Origin: Balanoglossus misakiensis
Lineage: Eukaryota > Animalia > Hemichordata
Assembly: GCA_040954595.2 (NCBI GenBank)
Contig: CM082580.2
Location: forward strand, 3,648,783-3,712,782
Length of the DNA stretch: 64,000 bases
Reading direction: 5' to 3'
In this document: positions 62,201 through 64,000 of the stretch, piece after piece
How positions within the stretch are numbered: position 1 is the first letter of the stretch
Layout of the letters: every line of letters starts with the position of its first letter
The notes under the pieces: model-generated
What the model was told of the DNA's origin: nothing
Seen by the model: only the letters and a program-made list of their open reading frames with translations
Database searches by the model: none
Translations under genes and position numbers: made by a program

Positions 62201-63759
62201 AAAGAAGGTTTCAGTCATAGTTGATTTAGCTGCAGGTGACTATGACTTGAAGGGATTTGAACCGGTTGAGAAACAGCTACACCGCCTGTGTGATTTCATG
62301 GAGGAATGTCTACAACAGTGGAAAGAGTACGTGGAGGAAAAGCAAGAACAGGCTTACTATCTGAATTATTTCACAACAAAGCAATTGGTTATGCTGAGGA
62401 AGGAGTTCGCAACGGCCGATTTGTCGATTGATGACATGTCTCCTGGTGTATACACGCTTCTTACCAACTTAAAAGAAGATTGCTGTGCTGCAGATGTGAT
62501 GGATGCCATGAAAGAACCTCATGTGGACGACGACAATGGGGACCCGGAAGTCTCCATTGATGATGCTTCAAGTGGTCTTACAATGGAGGGTATCGAACAG
62601 ATCTCGCGTACAGAAGGCGACGATAGTTGCTCTGAAAATGGAAACCAAATGAATCAGCATCACCTTGTTATCAAGAAGATGAAAATGCTTCTACAGGCTT
62701 TAAAAGATGACGGCATGACTGAGATGGTTGCCAAAGCTGCCATTGGAAGCTGCGGTGTCGATGCTGATATTGATAGTGCCTTGGCATGGTGCTTTCAAAA
62801 CATGCATGATGAGGAATTGGTCTCTCGCTTATGTGACGAATGGACAGATCAGATAGAGTGTTCGGATGACGAAGAAAACGGAATGGAAACTTCATGCAGT
62901 CCAGAACCAAGTTTTGAACAGGTTTCAAGAAAAGAATCGTCAGATATTGATCAGGATGTAAAACCACAACGCACACAAGTGTCAAATCGTGACATGATAA
63001 GGTCCCTACTGGTTGGGCTTGTGGATTCACATGAGTAAGTCATAATACACCTTTAATCACTCAACATGTAATTAGGGGCCCAAGCCAACAGAGCTTGGGC
63101 CACTGTTAGTATTGTTGGAATTTTTCAGCCTCGACATTCCGTGGGAACCGCTAATAGGCCACGTAAACCACAAAGCTGAAAATCACTTCATAAATTGTAT
63201 AGCAGTTATCATCACTTATGAGTAAGTGTGTGCGTTTTTTTTTCATTTTCAAAATTGCAGTCCATGCTATATAACACAGTACGTACAAAAAGTACGTTTT
63301 TGAATCATATGTCATCATCATTAATATTGTTGATTGTTATCCGAAGTTGTAATTTATAATTTTCCGTCTGTTTCATTCTAGTGACTTGATTGGAAAGTTG
63401 AAACAATTATGGACGCAGTTCAAAACATCTGTGACGACAAAAAGTGTGAATGAATATTTGAGCTTGGAATTTCTGGGAAGAGTTCTGTCCGATATTGCGA
63501 AGAAAGGTATGGGAGGGTGTTTGCTTGTGTGTAAACTTAAATATATTTTCATTTTTTTGCCCAATGCCGTACATTCATCAAACGGTTTATAGAGAATCGA
63601 CAACTTTGAAACTTCAAAACAGTTGATAATTAATATTCACGTCAAGTCCTCAATGCCAGGCTAACAGTATATTTTCTGCGTCAGGCGATATAATTCCACG
63701 AAGATGCAGCCCACTGTACCTGAATCAAGGACAGCCAACGTTGATTGTACGCCCAACAG
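35442..63759 (+). CDS. RNF213: E3 ubiquitin ligase RNF213 (mysterin)-like, N-terminal ~1830 aa (N-arm, CBM20-like domain, stalk); continues beyond the right edge
   Basis: 23 phase-consistent exons: 35442-35490, 36435-36760, 37275-37378, 37751-37981, 38646-38860, 39689-39954, 40285-40553, 41311-41535, 42097-42289, 43655-43725, 52938-53298, 54669-54767, 55424-55540, 56361-56580, 57528-57878, 57987-58552, 59335-59494, 60159-60376, 60963-61106, 61297-61476, 62097-63034, 63382-63506, 63685-63759. Diagnostic RNF213 blocks: LNVFMDLAMISAGETPMEVDRV...GYAPLIFDL, WLKAVKKSHGSVELSALSQAEAINSRGIY, LNYFTTKQLVML, YLSLEFLGRVLSDIA, LNQGQPTLIV. The first three low-complexity exons and the ATG at 35442 are less certain. 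Confidence 0.92.
37830..39725 (+). other. CBM20-like carbohydrate-binding domain of RNF213 (spread over three exons)
   Basis: KIIFTVLVSPDFKYNPKKHTVVIRGEGPVFGEMGW...QLEGVLEVPK...IQYKYCII...WEYL...NRILFV...WNRYDDVIF parallels the vertebrate RNF213 CBM20 segment as recalled (VFFHAIIS..F.FNPD.HKVFIRGGEEFG..KW...IPYKYVI...NRCLFI...WHQYYDIV). Confidence 0.75.
39248..39381. mobile_element. Short degenerate Kolobok-type MITE
   Basis: AAGGTATATGGTCACCT ... AGGTGACTATATACCTTTAA. Left TTAA is degenerate. Confidence 0.5.
41185..41246. repeat. (ACAG)n microsatellite
   Basis: Direct tetranucleotide array. Confidence 0.9.
45651..46604 (+). mobile_element. Harbinger-type MITE family A, copy 2
   Basis: TAA TSD, same TIRs and body as 24176-24881, plus an extra ~140 bp at ~46150-46287. 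Confidence 0.9.
46806..47880 (-). pseudogene. Degenerate C-terminus (Cys8 zinc finger) of an Academ-type transposase, split by a MITE
   Basis: Minus strand across a frameshift and the MITE reads ...LKNGWK / PVKCLTLPAPKAVLELIKCGCKAGCRGRCSC*KNDL [MITE A3] LPCTPLWKCYGRDCENQLRENVLEDNDTDDE*. Repeated in the duplicate at 48733-49780. Confidence 0.7.
46907..47684 (-). mobile_element. Harbinger-type MITE family A, copy 3
   Basis: TAA TSD, family A TIRs, reverse orientation. Confidence 0.9.
48793..49579 (-). mobile_element. Harbinger-type MITE family A, copy 4 (product of the tandem duplication)
   Basis: Same flanks and sequence as copy 3. Confidence 0.9.
50289..50852 (-). mobile_element. 564-bp insertion carrying a RecQ-like helicase 5' fragment (AcademH-like deletion derivative)
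   Basis: 8-bp TSD GTACTTCA (50281-50288 and 50853-50860); single GTACTTCA in the sister unit (~48386). Imperfect TIR CATTCTCGC...GCGACGATG. ORF 50414-50674 reads MAASS...FGIDSLYLHQKNVISDLLKGQGVFMSTRTSSGKSMCYQ...VLVISPL, i.e. RecQ Q-motif, motif I and motif Ia, then truncated. Confidence 0.8.
51487..52068. mobile_element. Helentron/DINE-like non-autonomous element
   Basis: Internal (ACAG)n and (CATC/CATA)n microsatellites, terminal stem-loop AGGTCCCATGGTA-AA-TACC(A)ATGGGACCT (52035-52063), then AAAAA. Left boundary approximate. Confidence 0.45.
53524..54291 (-). mobile_element. Harbinger-type MITE family A, copy 5
   Basis: TTA|GGGACCG...CTGAACGGTCCC|TAA. Body is the reverse complement of copies 1 and 2. 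Confidence 0.88.
55781..56003. repeat. (GTAT)n microsatellite with central (GT)n
   Basis: About 220 bp near-perfect array. It produces the spurious MYVC/HTYI ORFs. Confidence 0.97.
58613..58950. mobile_element. Degenerate Kolobok-type MITE
   Basis: AGGTAGAATGCTCCTCG ... CGAGGCGCATACTACCT inverted ends. TTAA flanks are degenerate. Confidence 0.5.
62679..62804 (+). other. UBA-like three-helix motif inside RNF213 exon 62097-63034
   Basis: MKMLLQALKDDGMTEMVAKAAIGSCGVDADIDSALAWCFQN fits the UBA pattern L..xGF/M.E..AK.A...xG...D.D.A..W. Flanked on both sides by acidic low-complexity linkers. Confidence 0.6.
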
Positions 63760-64000
63760 GTAGGAACTGGTTTTATTTCGGATGTATCGCTCATCTGCTT
63801 TAGTATTCTGATATTGCAACTATTCTATCTTTGCATTCCAACCACAAATGAAATGCAACTTCTTTTGAATCATCTTTGATAGGTGGGGATTGGGAAAGGT
63901 GGTTTTGGTGGTTCACATATGTTCAGTTGTCAATACTTGATGTTTTGACAAAGCGTATATTGAAATCTATATAAAATTACAATCATATAATTCTGAGATT

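Overview
Eukaryotic, intron-rich, AT-rich animal DNA. Gene content suggests a marine invertebrate, possibly a deuterostome, but that is inference only. No prokaryotic operons, CRISPR arrays, rRNA or tRNA were seen. Three spliced genes can be rebuilt by hand with consistent GT-AG sites and intron phases. (1) A minus-strand secreted or membrane MAM/LDL-receptor class A repeat protein (MALRD1-like): 28 coding exons from 15863 down to 360, signal peptide + 8 MAM + 3 LDLa domains, running off the left edge. (2) A complete 3-exon minus-strand GRDP1/DUF1399-family gene of about 716 aa (18462-21414). (3) The 5' ~1830 codons of a plus-strand RNF213/mysterin homologue: 23 coding exons from 35442 to 63759, with a CBM20-like domain and stalk, running off the right edge before the AAA+ core. 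Non-coding DNA is packed with non-autonomous DNA transposons identified by TIRs and TSDs (Harbinger-type TWA, Kolobok/piggyBac-type TTAA, IS3EU-type 6-bp TSD, Crypton-like hairpins). Main leads: a UBA-like ubiquitin-binding insert in the RNF213 stalk; a duplicated NF-kB/IRF-motif + splice-donor module upstream of RNF213; and an 8.7-kb TIR element in an RNF213 intron that carries nested MITEs, an Academ-type Cys8 remnant, a tandem duplication and a 564-bp RecQ-helicase-fragment insertion whose empty site is visible in the sister copy. All coordinates were counted by hand and family assignments come from recall, not database searches.
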